The position numbers and the translations under genes were made by a program. A DNA stretch of 57,344 bases from a virus. Lineage: Duplodnaviria > Caudoviricetes. Shown piece by piece: positions 55,111-57,344 of this stretch; position 1 is the stretch's first letter; every line of letters starts with the position of its first letter. The notes under the pieces are model-generated. The model made no database searches, was not told where the DNA came from, and was given only the letters and a program-made list of their open reading frames with translations. Location: positions 1 to 57,344 of IMG/VR virus record IMGVR_UViG_3300037010_003065; one strand, 5' to 3'.

Positions 55111-55854
55111 GTGGAGGATCATGTGCTAGCCCCTACCTATTTTATGGACCCCCTTGCTAAAATGCAAGAGGTTTTGGAGACGTCTACGCACATTTTCAAC
55201 GGCCGCATCGAAGTTCTCACTCCCTCCGTAGAAGTGATCGGAACTGCTGCAGACGGTGAGTTGATGATGCGCCACCTCGAAGCCGCGATCCGCACCGCTT
55301 ACAAGAGCGAGGATAAGATCGGGCCCGGCTCACACGAGAAGATCATCGCGCACATCCTCTCCCTCAAGCACGAGAGTACACTCGAGCACTGCGGATTGAG
55401 TTTCCGGTGCGTGACCAATCGTGGCGTTAGTCATGAGCTCGTTCGGCACCGTCTGGCCTCGTACACGCAGGAGTCGACGCGGTATGTGAACTACGGCAAG
55501 CGTCCTCCTCAGGTCATTCTTCCGTGGCACCTGTGCCAGCGCGACCAGGAAGAGAAGGAGTTCTGGTACAACGGCCATGAAAAAATCATCCAGTACTACC
55601 TCGATGCTCTCAAGCTCGGGTGGAAGCCTCAGGATGCTCGCGGATTCCTGCCAAACGACCTCAAGACAGAGATCGTTATGACCATGAACCTCCGGGCCCT
55701 CCGGCACTTCTTCAAGCTCCGCACGGCTGCTGCTGCCCACCCGGACATGCAAGTGATGGCGCGGAAGATGTTCCAGCTCGCTTATGGCATCTTGCCTCTC
55801 ATCTTCCAGGACATCCAGAACGACATCAGTGACTTGATCGGATTCGTAGCATGA
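55111..55854 (+). CDS. thyX: FAD-dependent thymidylate synthase (start may be 55144 or 55162)
   Basis: HESTLEH, RGVSHELVRHRLASYTQESTRYV, ARGFLP, NLRALRHFFKLR. Confidence 0.96.
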   Translation: MEDHVLAPTYFMDPLAKMQEVLETSTHIFNGRIEVLTPSVEVIGTAADGELMMRHLEAAIRTAYKSEDKIGPGSHEKIIAHILSLKHESTLEHCGLSFRCVTNRGVSHELVRHRLASYTQESTRYVNYGKRPPQVILPWHLCQRDQEEKEFWYNGHEKIIQYYLDALKLGWKPQDARGFLPNDLKTEIVMTMNLRALRHFFKLRTAAAAHPDMQVMARKMFQLAYGILPLIFQDIQNDISDLIGFVA

Positions 55855-56492
55855 AACCTCACGGCTACCCGGGCACGTTTATTACCATGGAAGGCATCGA
55901 CGGCTGCGGCAAGTCCACGCAAATCGAGCTGCTGAAGAACAATCTCCAGAGTGCACGATCCGCGAATCCGACTCACGTCGTCATCGGCCGAGAACCTGGA
56001 TCCACGAAATTGTGCGCGGAGCTTCGCGACGTCATCATCGGCAAGCACGATGAGAGGTGGTGCTACCCCGCTGAGACGCTACTCTTCTTCGCCGACCGGA
56101 TCCAGCATCTCAACGAGCGTGTGCTGCCAAGCATCAAGTCGGGTAGTATCTACATCAGCGATCGGTACGTCGACAGCACCCTTGCATACCAGGGTCTACG
56201 CGTTGCTGACACCTCACTCATCCACGCTCTTATCAAGCTGCTGAACGTCCCAGCGCCGGACATGACCTTCTGGATCAAGCTGGATCCTGAGGTAGCGTAC
56301 AAGCGTGCCAACGAGAGACCCAACCTGAACCTCTACGATGTGAAGCCTCTCAGCTTCTATCAGCAACTCCATAGGCAATTTGAGCGCCTGTTCAAGGACA
56401 ATCCCAGGGTAGTGACGATCAATGGCAGCGGGAAGGCGGAAGACGTCGCAGCGCGAGTGTGGGGTGAGTACATCATTCGGGCGAAAAAGTAG
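55851..56492 (+). CDS. tmk: Thymidylate kinase
   Basis: FITMEGIDGCGKSTQ, REPG, FADR, ISDRYVDSTLAYQG. Confidence 0.96.
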   Translation: MKPHGYPGTFITMEGIDGCGKSTQIELLKNNLQSARSANPTHVVIGREPGSTKLCAELRDVIIGKHDERWCYPAETLLFFADRIQHLNERVLPSIKSGSIYISDRYVDSTLAYQGLRVADTSLIHALIKLLNVPAPDMTFWIKLDPEVAYKRANERPNLNLYDVKPLSFYQQLHRQFERLFKDNPRVVTINGSGKAEDVAARVWGEYIIRAKK

Positions 56493-56523
56493 CATTGCGA
56501 CCTCATCTAGTGCGGGGTCCACG

Positions 56524-56757
56524 GTGTCATTGCCTATTGAATTCGTCGATAACTGGAAGCCTCAAGCAGGGAAGCTGCAAGTTGACGGCGTGCCTCTCAC
56601 GAAGCTGTCCAAGAAGGAGCTGCTCGCCGTAGCAGCTTCTGCAATCGTACAACTCGATCAGATGAGCGCCGTCGTTAAAGAGGCAGCGGAACAGCGGAAA
56701 CAGCTGGCATCTCTCTTTGTCCGGGTTGATGAGAGGCCGTTTTCGCGCGGCAACTAG
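56524..56757 (+). CDS. Small hypothetical protein (start uncertain)
   Basis: Fills the gap after tmk; PLTKLSKKELL helix. Confidence 0.5.
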   Translation: MSLPIEFVDNWKPQAGKLQVDGVPLTKLSKKELLAVAASAIVQLDQMSAVVKEAAEQRKQLASLFVRVDERPFSRGN

Positions 56758-56790
56758 GCCTCTGAGGTATCAACTCATGGAGGTCGATGT

Positions 56791-56970
56791 ATGAAGGCGA
56801 CGTGGTCGAGCAATACCCGTGATGGTATCGCGCAAGCGCGTGAAATCACGATGGAGGTTGAAGTCCTCCAGTGGTCGCCTGACCGCAAGAAGGCAGAGAT
56901 CCAGTATCAGACGGCTTCTGGCGCTGTGAAGCAGCGGTGGGTGGATGCGAAGCGGATCGTGACGATGTGA
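56791..56970 (+). CDS. Small hypothetical protein (59 aa)
   Basis: GGAGG RBS; MKATWSSNTRDG. Confidence 0.6.
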   Translation: MKATWSSNTRDGIAQAREITMEVEVLQWSPDRKKAEIQYQTASGAVKQRWVDAKRIVTM

Positions 56971-57044
56971 GGTTCAAGTGACCAAACGTGAGCGCAAGCC
57001 CCTCCCTTTAGGCATGGGGTGAGCGATTTTCTTGTGTCGCGCCC

Positions 57045-57073
57045 TTGTGGAAGGTGGCACGTGGCCATATACT
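57045..57073 (+). promoter_or_regulatory. Sigma70-like promoter inside the IS left end
   Basis: TTGTGG-N17-TATACT, 6 nt before ATG 57080. Confidence 0.5.
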
Positions 57074-57079
57074 AAAATC

Positions 57080-57163
57080 ATGTCGAACTACAAGTCGAAC
57101 GCCAATGTCGTCTATTCGTGCAAATACCATGTTGTATGGTATCAAGAACCAAAAGAACGTCTA
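57080..57163 (+). pseudogene. tnpA: IS200-type tnpA N-terminal remnant
   Basis: MSNYKSNANVVYSCKYHVVW matches the Y1 transposase N-terminus; similarity then stops. Confidence 0.8.
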
Positions 57164-57344
57164 ATGCCAAAGACCAAAACCCCCAGCTATGTCGCCGAGT
57201 TCGAGGTCCAGACAACCTCGAAGGACCGGCGTGTGCTGCGGTCTCGACTGGAGGCTGGGCGACAACTCTACAACGCCGTGCTGGGTGAAGCACTGCGGCG
57301 CCTGGCCCAGATGCGCCAGGACCCTGGGTTCGAGCTTGCCAAGG
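57164..57344 (+). CDS. tnpB: TnpB-like RNA-guided nuclease, N-terminal part (runs off the right edge)
   Basis: MPKTKTPSYVAEF...RLEAGRQLYNAVLGEALRRL; RuvC motifs lie outside the window. Confidence 0.7.
   Translation, partial: MPKTKTPSYVAEFEVQTTSKDRRVLRSRLEAGRQLYNAVLGEALRRLAQMRQDPGFELAK

Larger units (their letters stand above)
56975..57344 (+). mobile_element. Left part of an IS200/IS605-family element (exact left end unknown)
   Basis: Subterminal imperfect hairpin AAGCCCCTCCCTTTAGGCATGGGG, then a tnpA stub and tnpB start. Confidence 0.8.

Noticed and set aside
1-57344. Stop-codon reassignment
   Set aside because: TAA, TAG and TGA all end well-defined genes and core genes are intact under the standard code.

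Overview
This window reads as part of a large, GC-rich (roughly 60% by eye) contractile-tailed dsDNA phage, mostly on the + strand. It holds a virion module: probable neck proteins, tail sheath, tail tube, prohead protease, scaffold, decoration protein, HK97-type major capsid, a 1729-aa Ig-repeat protein and a terminase large subunit with a class 3 intein. Around it are an intein-containing UvrD/PcrA helicase that the ORF track missed, GIY-YIG endonucleases, an island of small accessory genes, ThyX, thymidylate kinase and the left end of an IS200/IS605 element. I could not identify portal, tape measure or baseplate genes. The most unusual signal is a set of long acidic mosaic proteins among the structural genes. 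Their modules are separated by recurring [K/R]-x-A-[S/A/G] linkers, which also flank the protease's own catalytic domain. Five modules end in a DEDKxxLKxMGIxG peptide, two of them encoded by an identical 49-bp repeat. The modules include a DMP19-like DNA-mimic domain and a sigma-factor-like domain. My inference is a capsid-packaged, protease-processed effector polyprotein system. All calls come from reading motifs by eye; no database searches were run.
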